Shown one piece after another: positions 38,726 through 53,901 of a stretch of DNA of 64,000 nucleotides. This DNA comes from Eledone cirrhosa. Its lineage: Eukaryota. The notes under the pieces were generated by a model. That model was not told the DNA's origin. It saw only the letters and a list, made by a program, of their open reading frames with translations, and did not search any database. The DNA lies in contig OZ024753.1 in assembly GCA_964016885.1 (NCBI GenBank), positions 2,914,001 to 2,978,000 of the forward strand. Direction: 5' to 3'. The translations under genes and the position numbers were made by a program. The stretch's first letter is position 1. Every line of letters starts with the position of its first letter.

Positions 38726-39144
38726 CAGACTATTGATATATACATAACGAGACACATCCACACAAAAAGTGTTACACACCAAACGTACACACATGTGAAT
38801 ATATAAATAACCAACTAAAATGTAAAAAACAAAAATGCATTCCACAAGAGATAAGAGAATAAAGATAATTTTCTTAAAAGTTTTTACACTTCCTGGAAAA
38901 ATAATGTGATAGCATTGCTAAGTAAAAACAGAAATAAAATTTAGAAATGATAATGAACCCTTTCCTTACCAGAATTCTTATGAAATACACTGCCAATAAT
39001 TTTCAGATAATTTGAAAATAATCAAGAATTTGGAAAGAATTTAATAATGTAACCAGCTTTCTCATTATGAAACTAAAGTTTAGAATAGAGCAAATATTAT
39101 GTAAAACTATGGTGAAAGGATTTTAGATAAATATGCATTCATTT

Positions 39145-39505
39145 GTAAGGATGAAAGGCAAAGCTATTCTCAGTGAAATTTGAACGTAAAGGGCCGTAAC
39201 TCTATGTCACAAAGCATACTATCCGATGCTCCACCGATACTGCCAATCTACCACCATAATAATAATAATAATAATGGTTTCTGATTTAGGCACAAGGCCA
39301 ACAATTTCTTTTTTTTTTTCGGTAGGGGAGAGAGAAAAGTCGATTAAATTGAACCAGTGCATTACTGGTACTTTATTTTATCGACCCCGTAGGGATGAAA
39401 GGCAAAGTTAATCTTGGCAGGATTTGAACTCAAATTGTAAAGAGACGTAACTATGCGGCTAAGCATGTTGTCCGACGCTCTACCGAGTCTGTCAATCCGC
39501 CACCC
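39145..39505 (-). mobile_element. Two Nin/Deu-domain SINE copies
   Basis: Reverse complements of the family consensus, separated by (AAT)n. Confidence 0.8.
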
Positions 39506-39529
39506 TAATAAAAATAATAATGATAATGA

Positions 39530-39860
39530 TTTCTTTATTATCTACACAGGGCTCACATTAAGGAGACATTAAAAAAGACGGTATAGGTCAATACAGTGGG
39601 GATTTTTTTTTTGTGTGTAAAATAGAATTTATAACAGATTAAGAAAATAAACATTTAAAAAAAAACAACCATAATTTCCCCAAAGGTGAGGAGACTTCAA
39701 GGGTTACTTGTAGAGAAAGCCCACAAAAACGATGGTCACCATCAATGCTAGGGCGAGCACCCTCTCCCAGTTGTCCTCCGCCACTACTACAGACACACAC
39801 TCAGCGTAGGCCCATTCACACAAGCCATTCTTGCCTCTCTCATCCACATTTCAACAAATA
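39530..39860 (-). mobile_element. 3' end of Tx1-like LINE
   Basis: Contains ggcccattcacacaagccatt, shared with the 60170 element; (AAT)n flanks. Confidence 0.6.
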
Positions 39861-40654
39861 ATAATAATGATAATCCTAATAATGATAATGATAATATTCT
39901 TAAGAAAAATAATTAAAAAAATAATTAAATAAGTTAATACATAATGGTCTCCTGCCAAAACAAAACAAATTACTCTTTGTCAAATAAAATTAGTCCTGAT
40001 AACATTTCATCTACATCAACTTCAACAAATAAATTTGTAGATTTTACTCCCAAAATAAATTTATGTGGATGTTTGTGTGTGCATGCATGGTTGATTGTGT
40101 CAATGTGTGTGTATGTGTCGTTATGTGTGTGTCGTAATGTGTGTATGTCACTGTGTGTGTATGCCATTGTGTGTGTATCATTGTGCTTATCATTGATGCA
40201 GATTTATTTTTGCCTGTGTGTGTATATATGTATGTTCATGTTTGTATGTATGTTCATATTTGTGTGTGTGTGTGTGTGGGTATATTCCTGAAAATGTGTG
40301 TGTGTGTGTGTGTGTATTTTCATGTAAATGAGTATTCGTGTATGTGTGTCTATGTTCTTGTAAATGTATATTTGCGTGCACGTATGTGTGTGTACCCTTG
40401 TGTATATATATATGCACACACACACAGACACATATATATATATATGCAGATAATATATATGTATATTGCTTTCTTCTTTGTTTTATCTCTTCAACAGTGA
40501 TTGTCTATTGGACATAATGTTGTTTCTTTCTTTGTTTCTAAGAGAAATAGAAACAAATTTATCTTCAACATTTATTTTAAATTACATTCTTTTTAAAGAA
40601 ATAACTTAAATATTTTTTCCATGCAATTGCTTCCATTATTATTATTAGTAGTAG

Positions 40655-40843
40655 GGCGGTGGATTGGCAGTATCGGTAGAGGGTCGGACGCCATGCTTTG
40701 ACGCATAGAGTTACGGCCCTTGCCATTCTGAGTTCAAATCCCGCCAAGGTTAACTTTGCCTTTCATCCTTACGGGGTCGATAAAATAAAGTACCAGTAAT
40801 GTACTGGGTAATTGCTGGCCTTGTGCCAAAAGTAGAAACAATT
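40655..40843 (+). mobile_element. Full-length young Nin/Deu-domain SINE
   Basis: Intact A/B boxes; TSD-like attattagtagta / attatcagtagta. Confidence 0.92.
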
Positions 40844-40879
40844 ATCAGTAGTAATATCATTGTTGTTGTTATGTTTCAC

Positions 40880-41300
40880 CTGGAAAGGAAGGTGAGGGTG
40901 GAGAGAGAAGTGCTGCCCCCCCCCCCCCCCCCCCCCGCAGTACATTTGCTAAAAGGTGGATGAATGTGGCGAGAATGGCTCATGTGAATGGGCCTACTCT
41001 GACCATGCGCCTATAGGCTAGCTAACTTGAGGAGAGGGGTGCTCTCCCTGGGTGCCCTAGAAGCGCAGGGTGGTTCAAGATTGGTGGGGTACCCGAGTCA
41101 CCCCAGGGTCGTCCACACCCTATCGGGGAATTTATTTTGTTATATTTATGCATAGGTTCTTTTATATTTTTATATCTTCATTGTTAAATTAGTCTTGCCA
41201 TTGTGCACTTTTACTCGACCTTATTCTAAACCCCCCACTGTCCCTGTCTTTGTATTGTCCCCTACATGTCGGCCCTTGTGGCTAATAAATGAAATCGTTA
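40880..41300 (+). mobile_element. 3' end of Tx1-like LINE
   Basis: Homologous to 60680-61050 (gaaggaaggtg..agaga..gtgct; gctaaaaggtgg..gaatgtggc..gtgaatgggcct); ends cccttgtggctaataaatgaaa(tta)n. Confidence 0.75.
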
Positions 41301-42766
41301 TTATTATCATTATTATTGAAATAAAAAGAAATAATTATAATTATTATTATTCCTCTCATTAATATCATTATCATTATTATTGTTGTTGCTGCTGTTGTTA
41401 TTTTATTGTAGTTCTTGATCAATTTTATTACTAGTGAAAGTCAAAATAAAATGCCATCATCATCATCCCCACAACAATAACAATAACAACAAAATGAGAA
41501 AAATGATTTTGAGTCATACCATGTAGTCAACACAAAATCGTACATTTCTGGCTAAAATCTTTTTTTAGTATTCTTAACAAATCAGTTACAAATGTAGACA
41601 CTAAAATATATGAAACTAATATAATATAATATATTGATTTCTTCGTACTAATTCCAAAGAGATGTAGTTAACAGACTCTGGAGCAAAGAAAAGCAACAAC
41701 ATTGTAACTATTAGTAGGGAAATTAGAACTTTTAACATTAACTAACCAAACTAATTATAGCAAATAATTACCAGAGTACCAATAATTATAGTAAATCATT
41801 CATTTGAACATTCTATTGTTTTAGTTGATTTTATTACCTGGAGCAAATATCTTTAGAAATGGAAGGCAACTAAAAGGAAACAAATCTAATGATGCCAATA
41901 TAGAGAGCTTATGTAAACTATTAAGTGTCTTGTAACTAGACTTTCTTTTTATAGTTTAGTTAGTGAGGAAGGGCAGTGCCTTTGAACCCATTGTTTTGGT
42001 TCTTTGGTGGGAGGTAAGTAGGAAGATATTCTCAGACCAGGGACTCGGTAAACTGTTTGCTACAGTGTGAACTCCAATAAAAACATACAAGTATACAAGG
42101 GCCAGGTGATGACATTAAACTGGGTGACAGATTAACCTTCAATGACCATATTTCAAATGAAAGAGATGATATATATGTATATATATATATCATGGAGGTG
42201 TCACGACAAAAAAACACACAGTCCACACTGTAATGTGGCATTGTAGGTAACACAGTAAAAACCTCCCAGTCCACACTGTAAACGTGGTTGGTGTTAGGAA
42301 GGGCATCCAGCCGTAGAAAACCTGCCAAACAGTCCTATACGAGCAAGACACGGTCTCCCAACCAATCTTGCCTCAGGTGGGACAATTCCTGTCAAAACCC
42401 ATGCTAGCGTGGAAGATAGACATTAAACGATGATGATGATGATGATAATGACGATGATGATATATATATATATGTTCATTCTGTCATTACAACAGCATAG
42501 GCCCAACAAGCTTTTGATTCCAGAGACAGGCCAGATCAATACAGATAAAAACTTGTGCTAATCAATAGCGAAACTCGTGACACCAATCAATAAATGTAAT
42601 GAAGGCTTAACAAATCGTCCTTGTATTATTATATTACACTCTGTTTAGCTCTCTCTACCCCTTGCCATTGATGTGAACCTAAACATCGAGTGTTCACCTG
42701 GGTGAAACTACAGTAACTTCACGTTACACTCCCTGGATATATATATATATATCTCCATATATATAC

Positions 42767-42883
<117 letters not shown>

Positions 42884-43514
42884 ACCCCCGAACGCATAAT
42901 TGGGAATATAATCACTTATTTCCTAATGTTTGTTGAGTGAGTTGGAATTTGGCCGGAGTATCGCTAAAAAGCTTTCTCCGATATTGTATTTATTACATAT
43001 ATATATATATATATACACACACACATATACATATATATATATATATATGTGCACACTGGAAGAAGGAACATGAAAGTGACTGGAATATATATTAATTGTT
43101 GAAATATAATGTTAATAGAAGTATATGTATTAAGGTTAACTGCTCTGAAATTTCATACTACTCTAGCAATAACTCATCATAAATGATATCTATATATAAA
43201 AAATATCAACTTGGTTTTATTAATGAATACTAAGCATATAAAATTGTCTTTGTAATTCACCTTCAGGGAATTTTTAAAGAAAACTATACTATGTTTTTTT
43301 TTACTCTATAATGCAGTACCATAACTCTGTGTGATGCAGTCTGCTTTGGGCTATGCTTTTGATGTTTATGTTTTAAGGAAATATGTATTGCTTAAAAGAA
43401 GTTATGAAATAAAATTCTACCTTGTTTCTCTCTTATATTTAGATGTTTTAGTGTGGGTATAGGGAGAAAGAAGTAGGGTGGTTTACCCTGAGTAGTGTTT
43501 ATTATATATATATA

Positions 43515-44160
43515 GGCGGTGGATTAGCAGAATCAGTAGAGCGTTGGACACCGTGCTTTGAAGCATAGAGTTATGGCCCTTTATGGTCTGAGTTCAAATT
43601 CCGCCGAGGTTAACTTTGCCTTTCATCCTTACGGGGGACGATAAAATAAAGTACCAGTAATACACTGGGATAATTGCTGGCCTTGTGCCAAAAGTAGAAA
43701 CAATTATATGTATCGCTTGACAGTTTTCATGTGGGGGAGAGGGAGGAAGCAAACTCAAGTACCATCCCAGGCAACATTAACTGTAACCACATCAATGCTT
43801 AGATGTCATATTTGTCTTTAGTTCTACAACAGATCCTCCACAAGTTTCAATGATAAACATTCAGTTGTTCAATGAATAAAATATCTGATTTATTAAATAA
43901 ATGCGTCCCCTTAATGTTGCAGGGATATTACGAAGTTTGCTTTGTAATCATTATTTGCTGGCCTTGTAGAAACAATTATGTGATTGCCAGTATCAGTAGA
44001 GGGTTGGACGCCATGCTTTCCAGCATAGTTACGTCCCTTTAAGATCTGAGTTCAAATCCCGCTGAGGTTAACTTTGCCTTTCATCCTTAAGGGGTCGATA
44101 AAATAAAGTACCAGTAATGCACTGGGTAATTGCTGGACTTGTGCCTAAAGTAGAGACAAT
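43515..44160 (+). mobile_element. Two Nin/Deu-domain SINEs (43515-43705 and 43980-44160)
   Basis: Both match the family consensus. Confidence 0.88.
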
Positions 44161-45571
44161 TATGTCCTAGGTTCAATTTCACTGTGTGGCCTTTTGAGCA
44201 AGTGTCTTTTACCATAGCTTTGGGTCAACCTATGCCTTGTCAGTGAAATTCAGTATATAGAAATTGTTTGGAAGCCAGTCAGACTCTGCCAGTAATTTAA
44301 AGTACTCACATTGTCACACCCTCACACAGAATCTATTGTTTGAGCAGGACTGGATTAAGGTATTTAGAGGCCATAAGCACAGAAAGTTTTATAGCATAGC
44401 CCACATACGGTATTTGAAAAAAAAAAAAAAATTTATTGGGGCCTTTCTTTACTTGAGGCCCTATGCATGTGTTTATTTTGTTTACTATCAACCTACACTT
44501 GGCCAGGATACACAGGTAGGCCTAAAACAAACATATCTGACAAGGCTTCATCCAGCAGTTCATTACAAATGACTGGATAGAAATAGAAATATCCAGATAA
44601 AAAATTACTTCTTATAATATTTCATTTACATCAACTTTAACAAATAAACTTTTGGTTTCCACTCTCAAAATAAATCCTTGCCTGTATGTGTAGGTGTGAG
44701 TGAGTTCTTGTGTGTGTGTGAGTGCATGTGTGTGTGAGAGTGAGTGCACGTGTGTGTATGTATATATGTATATTATATGTTTATTTTTATATATGTATCT
44801 TTTATATATTTGTCATTTTCTTTGTCTTATCTCTTCAACTGTGATTGTCTATTGGACATCATTTTTTTTATTTCTAAGAGAAATGGAAAAAATTTATGTT
44901 TTACATTTATTTTAAATTACATTCTTTTAAAAAAATATCTAAATATTTTTTCCCTGTACAATCGCTTACACTCGCATATTATATTATTGTTGTTATTATT
45001 ATTATTATTACTATTATTATTATTATAATTATTAATGTGGTTGTTGTTATTGTTATTGCTGTGAATACTGTTAAGTAAAGTGAGTAGCTGTCTGGCCTTC
45101 TTTGTCAGGTGATAATGATTCTAAGTTGATATTTCTATCAAAGAGAAATCTTATAACATCAAGCCATGGAGCAGAGCTATAAATATTGACATTAAAACTG
45201 TTGCAGTGACATTCAGCTCCTTCCTCTATCAACCATTCATAATGTTGTGAATATATGTCTACACACAGAGAAAGTCATTATGCCTACCCCAAATAGATAT
45301 ATACTTACATCACAAATTCTTATATCTACTTACAATTACTGAAACTCATACACTAATCAAATCACACTAACAACTTTACCGTAACCAAGTAATGATTTCC
45401 TTCTTAAGTATAAGATATGATTTGTCCAGCATAATTATGATCAAAGTTATTCCAGGTGTAAGCATTCCCTCTTTTTAGGGTCATCTCAAACTAGATTGTC
45501 AAACACACCTTTTCCTTGATTTTTAAGAAAGTAGGGTATGATTTAAGGAATATTTGATTGCTATTTCTTGT

Positions 45572-45850
45572 GAAGGTGCATGGCCTAGTGGTAAGTGTAT
45601 TGGATTTATGATTATAATGTTGTGGATTTGATTCCTTGACTCGATCGTTGGTTGTGTTTTTGAGCAAAACCCTTCATTCTAAGCTGCTCCAGCTGAAAAT
45701 GAGTACGAACAGTATCTGGGGGTTTAACCCTGTGTTGGGCTGGTGTCCTGTCCAGGGGGAAAGTCTTATACTATCAGTCACTTAATGCCCCAGAAACTGG
45801 GATAAACAGCAGCCTGATGAACCTTCAGGTTTGAGACAGACTTTAGACTT
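45572..45850 (+). mobile_element. Old CORE-type tRNA SINE
   Basis: ggtgcatggcctagtggtaag head and ttgagcaaaac CORE relic. Confidence 0.65.
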
Positions 45851-46689
45851 CTAGAAGGCTAAAGGTAGAATGTAATAGATGGAATGAGTGTGATAACATC
45901 TAGTAATTATAGATGGACTTAATAGAATTTGAATTCTGAAAAGTGAAACCACAAACTAAATGTTTAAAAATATTTAGTTCAGCTCTTTATTTTTGCCATG
46001 TCCGTCTAGCCTGTTTTTATTACTGTTTCTTGTCACATCTGTTTGCTAAGTGGATTACTTAGACATTTCCTTTTGGGCCATTCACTACCTGATACTAACA
46101 GGGGTCATAACTTCTTGGTTATTTTCAAAATTATTTGAAACACATAGATAGTGTTTTTCATAAGAAATAAGGTGACGAAAGGGTTAAAATAAAATCAGTT
46201 GTATGCTAAAATATGTATAAGATACACAATCATTGATATATGTACATTAGCAAAGCTATTTTAGATAGAAGAGGTTACTAAGTTATATAGAGACCAATAT
46301 ACAATATTTAAATATTGACTAAATACTCTTTTACTATTTTATTGGTTTCAGTTATTAGGCTGTAGCCAAGCTGGAGCACTTCTGTCAAGGGATTTTGATT
46401 AATGATGTTAATGCCAGTATCTTGCTTAAATTTGTTCCCCCACCTCCACATTTTCTTTAGAGACTCAGTGCATTTTTGTGTCAACAGAACTAAAATGTTA
46501 TTATGTCATATCTCAGATATTGTTTGGCATGGTTTCTACAGCTGGGTATTCTTCTTATCACATTACAGGTGTATTGGGGGGTAATGTTTTGGCACCAGTA
46601 CTAGATTATTGTATATATTGTATATTGCATACACATGTGTGTGTGAGTGAATGTCTACACATGTGTATGTGTGAGTGAGTGACTGTCTA

Positions 46690-46730
<41 letters not shown>

Positions 46731-48881
46731 TTGAGTGAGTGAATGTCTACACTCCTTAACATCCAGTATTGTTCATTTATATTCTGTAATTTAGAAGGTC
46801 AACAAACAGAGATCATTGAAATAAGTAACAGTCTTCAAAATAAATACTAGAACTGATCTGATCCATTAAACACTTGAAGGCAATGCTGCAGCATGGACAC
46901 AGGTCAATGAGTGAAATCAATAAAAAAAAAAAAGAGAGAATATATTTCCTTTGCTTTTCATTCTTGTAGCATATGGTAGAAAACCAGACTGGGTTGCAAA
47001 ATAATTGTAGCATATTGAGATCATCATGGTGGTATATTTGCAGGGTTTTTAGAGTGACAGATTAAAAATGCCTTGATAGTTACTCTGACTTACTGCAAAC
47101 TGATTTCAAATCTTGCAGGAGTCCGCATTATCTTTTATCCTTTTGAGGTCAAGAAATAAAGTATTAGTTGAGTACTGGGGTCTATCCATCCTCTATCTCT
47201 CTGTATCTCCCTATGTCTTCCTCTAGAAGAAATCTGCTTTGTTCTGGCCTGGAGAAGGATAGGTTCTCCCAGGATTTAATTTACCCTAGACATGCCATGT
47301 ATCAGGATGGTACTCCTATGATTCAACCAGGAGTTAATGGTACTTTAATTTCCTTTTCAAATCATCACACTATGTTTCCTAAACACAGATAACTACAGCA
47401 ATAGGATACTAGAAGGGCAGATTTACCCCATGTCTAAAAAGGAAAATGCTATTGTTGTTCTTGTATGCTCATTCTTTTTTAACTTCATTTACAAAGAGCT
47501 CATTTGCTCTGTTCAACATCAAACTCAATAGACTGACATTTATAACCAATGGGAGAAGTATATAGGTTAAGCTCCAGTAGGCTGCAACATAATCTGCTAA
47601 TTGGTGATGATTAAAGGAAAATAAATAAAGTTCATTGTATCTAATAACAAAAATATACCACATATTCCTGTTCTGACACTTTAAGAAAAAACAAATTTCC
47701 CTTTTGGCATTGTATTCTCACCATTTTAAACACAATTGTTTACACTACAAAATATATATAATAGCTGCCTGTCCAAAGGAATCCAGCTTTAATGGTGCAT
47801 GAATTATTTGTATATCTACAAAATGATCAGCTAGAAATCATCACAAACTAAAATCAAGAATTCCAATATATTTCTTTTGTCTATGCTTTCTGGTTCAATA
47901 TCACAAGAAATAAAATAAAATAAAAGAAAGGAAAAGAAAATGACAAATGGCCAATAAATATAATGAATTGTCAGAAAATATTTTTGTTACTAATATAGGT
48001 CAATTGTTTTTATTCCCCTCTTTCTCATATACTATCTTTCTTTCTCTTCTCTCTCACTGTTTTTAGAGAGAAAATGATTTGGCACAACCAACAATAGTTG
48101 TTGAATGTATCAATCCAAAGTAATTCTTTTTAATTCTGTTAAACTCTGTGATTAAAGCTCTGGCATCTTCTCAACACGTTTCTTCATGCAAGAAAAGACA
48201 AATAAAAAACAAATAAAGATAGAATACTATTGAGATTTCCTAAGTTGTGTTCATAAAAAGATTGGAAGTCTCTCAATTGCTTTTGTGCTATGATATATAT
48301 TTACTTAACCATTCATGGATCAGTAGAGAAGAAAATGTAAAATGTGTATTAAGATGTGTATTATGAGTTCAAAGCCAGAATATGCTTTGTTTAGGACACT
48401 AAAATTTAAAGGCCAGTTCATCCAGCTAGAGATAAGCAGTGAACTGGGAGAGTTGTCCAGCCCATGCTTGCAGGATAAATGGTCGTTAAATGATGATCAT
48501 GATTATATTAACCAAATGTATTGAGGTATTTCTTTTGGTTCACTGCACCCAGAACTGATATTTTGTTGAGGTCAACTTTACCTTTCACCCTTTTAGGATT
48601 TCTAATATAAAGTGCCAGTTTAGAGTGGTGAATTAGTACTATTGTTTGAGAATTCAAATGATGCCTTATGGTATTTGTGTTTGTTATTTGTGATCTGAGA
48701 TCTTGGGTGGTAGATTAATCAGTGACTCAGTACCTAGTCCATAGGTGCCATTTAGTGGAGCTTGGTCTGTTGCAAGCATTTGGGCAGTTCTCTTTTCTGA
48801 AGCTATCTTACTTTCTTTCATCAGTCTTGAAGTCCCTAAATATAAAGGACCCTAGATGCTGCCATTCACTCCTTTACTAAA

Positions 48882-49085
48882 CAGTGGATTGGCAGTATCG
48901 GTAAAGCATCGGATAACATGCTTTGTGGCATAGAGTTAATCTCTTTATGTTCTGAGTTCAAATCCCACAAAAGTTAGCTTTACCTTTCATCGTTAGAAGT
49001 TCGATAAAGTAAAGTACCAGTAATGCACAGGGGTCGATTTAATTGACTTTAAAATGTTGACCTTGTGCTTAAATCAGAAACCATT
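48882..49085 (+). mobile_element. Nin/Deu-domain SINE, diverged
   Basis: A/B boxes and central domain. Confidence 0.78.
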
Positions 49086-50470
49086 ATTATGATCATCATT
49101 CTTACGTCTACTTTTCCATGGTGTCATGGGATTGGAGGGAATTGTTTGAGACAATATTTTACAGTCAGATGCCCTTTATGATACCAACCCTTCCAGTCAT
49201 ATCTTACAACATGCAGGGAGATGGTGTACATATCCTAAAAGAAACCCAGAATGCACGTAACAAACAGTAAACAGCAAAAATAGGTAGCTGGCTTTCTAGT
49301 TAAACAGGTCCTTTCCAGTAGTTTCCTACTACCCTCTGCATTCTTTCATCATTTCTCTGTGAATCTCAATGAATTGAGATCAACTCTCGTCATCTGATTT
49401 TACAAAATTCTTTATTTGTAGAGAAATGTGATATAGTGAGACATTTGTATGTTCTGTTTCACTTCACAAATTAACATTTATTTTTAAAGAATAAACCTAC
49501 ATTTAAATTATTGATTTTATTGTATTGTTTGGTTATAGTATCAAATATTTTAAGGACAAGGTAAACTTGACATTTCCACAAGTCATTTCCTGATTCTAAC
49601 TTAAATGTTACACAAATTTTGCTCTTTGTTTCTGCTCACTATAAATGTGCTAATGTTAAAAGAATTAAAAACTAATTAAACCATTTTCTTGGCTTTTTAT
49701 AGAGACAAACCATTTATTGAATATTTGAAACTTATCATACTCTTTCAATTAAGACATTTTAGAATATCACAGTAAACTTTGGCTTACAACAAAAGATAAA
49801 CGATTTCGACAAGGCTTTTAACAGTATAGAATTTTTGACCAAAACTGTTCATGAAGGGATATAATAAATCTGTCAAATGTTATTTTTAAAACAAATAAAT
49901 AAAATACATAAATAAAAGCAAGAGAAAAAAAATGAAGGAAATTGAAAACAAAAAGCAGAGAGTTCAGAAAACATTGCCATACAAGTTTGAGTTCCTTTCT
50001 TAAGCAATTTTCATATACTGTTATAACCGACCAAGTTTTCAGTCTTCATGAGAGAAAACAGGATATTCCAGCATTTGATATCTTAGGATTTGCTATTACC
50101 ATATTCTACATTTGAGTAAACCTGTCAGCAGCAAATAGCCATGTTTGAAATAAAAATAAATGTCAGAAATGAGAGACAAAGTTAGGAATAAAGAATCTAT
50201 ATGAGAATTTGTTTCTTTTCTCTTCTCCATACAAATTCCTCTGACAAAAGCCACTTTATATGTGTCTAAGTCAATCCATCTGTAGATGATTACATGCCAG
50301 TCTAACCAAAACTCTCCAAAGACCTACACAAGATTTGATATGTTGAGGTTATTTTATATTTTATTGATTTCATTCATTCTACTTTTGATGGATTCCAGAA
50401 TTCTTTCACAGAACATAAACAATAAAACAAACAAACAAAAATCAACAACAAATAGAAACAAGTCAACTCA

Positions 50471-50516
<46 letters not shown>

Positions 50517-50818
50517 CACACACAACACTCCCACACACATATAAGCTTTTTGTATCTTTACTTTTCACAAATCAATTTCACTCATAACGAAAATTAAACT
50601 TGAAGTTTTATTTACTCTTTTCTCTCTCTCTCTCACTTTCTTTATTTTTCTCTTCCCCCCTTCCTCAATATATATATCTGCCCCTCCCTCTCTCCTGATA
50701 ATTGTCTTTGAAACTTAAATGGAAATCCTAGAAAACCAAATTGCAATAAGAAAAAAATATATACAATCATTGAGTCAAATATTTTAGTGGCAATTGAGAT
50801 AAAATTCCCAGACACACA

Positions 50819-50958
<140 letters not shown>

Positions 50959-51703
50959 TAAAATCAAATACATTGTTAAAGAAATATATAGCGTTGAATG
51001 TTTCATTTGACATTTATTTAAGACCAGTGCTGTGATAGAATTATTTTGATAATTAATATCATTATTATTACTATTATTATTAGTGGTATCAAACGTGTTG
51101 GTTAAGGTGGTTGATAACTTGTATTTACAATGTCTTCAAATTCGTTAATAGAAAAAAAAATTGCTTTTTATTTTTATTCAACAGAACATAACAACAGTCA
51201 AACTTCAGCAGAATAAATAGGTGATATTAACTATAGTATGCTACTAGTTAATCTAACCCTTTTCATACCAAACTGCCTGAAGCTGCCTTTGGTTCTTTGA
51301 CATTAAGCTGCTTATTTCATAGTAGGGGTGTATATGATGGCATATACATTGTGTTATGTACAATAAATACAAGAGTCTTGCTGTAAAGGTTATTGTTTCA
51401 TATTGTCTATTTTTGTCCAACAACATTCAATCACAATGTTATGTAAGAATCATTGTTAGGTTCCAAACACTAGCTGAATAATGAGTGAGAACATTGATTG
51501 CATTACTAAATTCCTCCAAATTCTTGATTATTTTCATGAGAAATGTGGTAATGAAATAGCTAAAGACAGAATTTTCAGCAATGTGATGCAGTAATACAGA
51601 AGATAAAACTTCCCATGGGTACAGGCTAAAGCTGAAGCATATATACAGTATGCCCCACCGCATCCACCCTCCAACTGTATAGTGGTTGTGTCATTTTCTT
51701 GAA

Positions 51704-52008
51704 AAAAAGCAGCCAGCCCACACTGTAAAGTAGTCATGTAGGTGTCATGACAAAAAGCAGCCAGCCCACACTGTAAAGTGGTCATGTAGGTGTCATGACA
51801 AAAAGCAGCCAGCCCACACTGTGAAGTGGTCATGTAGGTGTCATGACAAAAAGCAGCCAGCCCACACTGTAAAGTAGTCATGTAGGTGTCATGACAAAAA
51901 GCAGCCAGCCCACACTGTAAAGTGGTCATGTAGGTGTCATGACAAAAAGCAGCCAGCCCACACTGTAAAGTGGTCATGTAGGTGTCATGACAAAAAGCAC
52001 CCAGTCCA
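51704..52008 (+). repeat. 48-bp tandem repeat (6 copies) derived from a SINE internal module
   Basis: Unit aaaaagcagccagcccacactgtaaagtggtcatgtaggtgtcatgac; the same module occurs 2-3 times in the 4761 and 33200 elements. Confidence 0.92.
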
Positions 52009-53045
52009 CAAAATAAAGTACAAGTTCATGGCAGTGGACTGGAAGAATTGTTAGAGCATCAGATGAGATGTGTTATGACACCTGTTCTAGTATCATATAT
52101 TCTGAGTTCAAATTCCAGTGATGGCCAGGGCTATCATCCAACTATGGTTCCACAACTCAAAATGAAAGCTGTAACAAACGAAGGAGGACTGTGGTCATCT
52201 GATACTGCAGTCAAACAATGATGATGATTAATAGGAGATTAGTAAATATAGGTTTGTTAAGAGGATTAACCCTTTAGCATTTACACTACTCTATATTTAC
52301 TATTGTATTTTTGCAGTAAAGGCTTTACCTCACATAATTATCTCATATGATATCAAATCTATGAGATTTTGATGTTATTTATGTTCAGAACAATACCTTA
52401 ATCTAGGTATAGGCGGCCAGTTACAGCCAGTTTGAACAGAAAGAGGTGAGAGAGTTCTAGCCGGGTGTGGCCAGTTTCATTGCTAAAGAGTTAAATGCCT
52501 TTGCTATGAGTAAGAGGATATTTCTAACATTGCAGATATGAACTCTGATTAGTTGCTCTCATCTTGCCTCAGTTGGCCTGATTAACAACAGGTTTAACAT
52601 AGATCAGAGATAGGTGTTAGAAAGACCCCAAAGAAAGAAAAAAGACTGCCTGAGTGTGGACAGAACAAAAATAGTCAAATAATACTACTTTAGCTAAGAT
52701 GGATAATTGACAGAGAAAAACAGGTGTTGTTAATGTAGAAATGTAACAAGTGGCTTGGAAATTTATCTTTAAATCTCAATTATATCATGATTAATTACCA
52801 AACAGAATTAAAATAAAAGCATCAATCATAAAATCAGAGTTCATAAGTAATGAAATATAAACAATCGTGTTCCATATTTCACAAAGATTAATTTACCGTT
52901 TTTAATTATTCTATTATGCCATTCATCAATGCATGTCTCACTTACTGTTAAAGTTTAATTTGATAACTTTAGAATCATTTCAAACATGAGTTACTTGATC
53001 ATATCTATTTCTGGTTAAACATTTCTACAATTTCTTCTTTAAATA

Positions 53046-53362
53046 AAGTAGAACCTCAGTTCATGAACACCTCGCACCATGACAACTTGGTTCATGAATA
53101 CTTTTTCCGAACATAAAACGTTTCAGTTGACGAATGGTGTCTTGAGTAATAAACACACATGCTGACAACAACAGTTGCCGACAAGCTTGAAATATTGGTA
53201 GAAAAGTGTCACTTGCTGTGTAGTAAGTTACTATCATGATCTATCTGTCTTTTACAATCATTCAGTTACTGTATTTTTCTCTCAATAAATCGTTTTGGAA
53301 AAATAGTTTCGGTTTATGAACATTTCAGATGACAAATAGCCTGCAGGAATGAATTAAGTTCT
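53046..53362. mobile_element. Decayed Tigger/pogo-like MITE
   Basis: Left end aagtagaacctcagttcatgaac resembles CAGTGGAACCTCGGTT..GAAC TIRs; the right subterminal ttcggtttatgaac..gaattaagttc is truncated. Confidence 0.55.
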
Positions 53363-53740
53363 CTTTTATTTCTTAGTTATACCTAACATATTTAATTTAT
53401 ATAAAATAAATATGATCATATATGATAAACATGGTTGTCTTAAGCATTAGTAATATTTTCAGCTCTTCTGCCTTGTTGCTGATACAATTTGAAAATGTAT
53501 TATTAAAGCTAGTGAATCAGTATTAATAAACTATTATACTATGGTATTAAATAGGCATTCTCATGTTTGTTTATTCAGACACATATACACACATACAAAC
53601 ATATATATATCTATATATGTGTGTGTGTCTATGTGTGTGTGTAGGTAAAAGGTAAACAGAAATAACAAAAATAACAAAACAAACGGCACAGTACATGGAA
53701 GAAATATATTAGTTTAATGCTTGAAATAGCAGGAAGAGAG

Positions 53741-53776
53741 TCTTAACGTGTCAGACACTAGTTCTTCATCAGAAGA
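53741..53776 (-). ncRNA. Decayed minimal hammerhead motif
   Basis: Minus strand: TCTT-CTGATGA-AGA ACTAGTG TCT-GACAC GT T-AAGA; one core substitution (GAAA to GACA). Confidence 0.5.
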
Positions 53777-53901
53777 TAAAGTTAGAAATAAAGATAAATA
53801 GAAAGCAAAGAATGGTGAGGGGAAGGAATGAGGGAAATAAGAAAAAACTAGGGAGGAAAAAACACACATGTGTATTCAGTTGGCCATTTTATATACACAT
53901 G

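Noticed and set aside
42540-42740. Hairpin-GAAAC motifs in a (TA)n-flanked insert (similar case at about 38500-38530)
   Set aside because: The CUGANGA half is absent; possibly decayed members of the hammerhead family but not supportable.
45812-45845. ctgatga-acc ttca ggt hammerhead-like start
   Set aside because: No GAAA core or stems I/III; it is part of a SINE 3' tail.
51534-51977. ORF with repeated MTTLQCGLAAFCHDTY (Cys/His-rich, metal-binding-like)
   Set aside because: Translation of a 48-bp SINE-derived tandem repeat; no splice or coding evidence.
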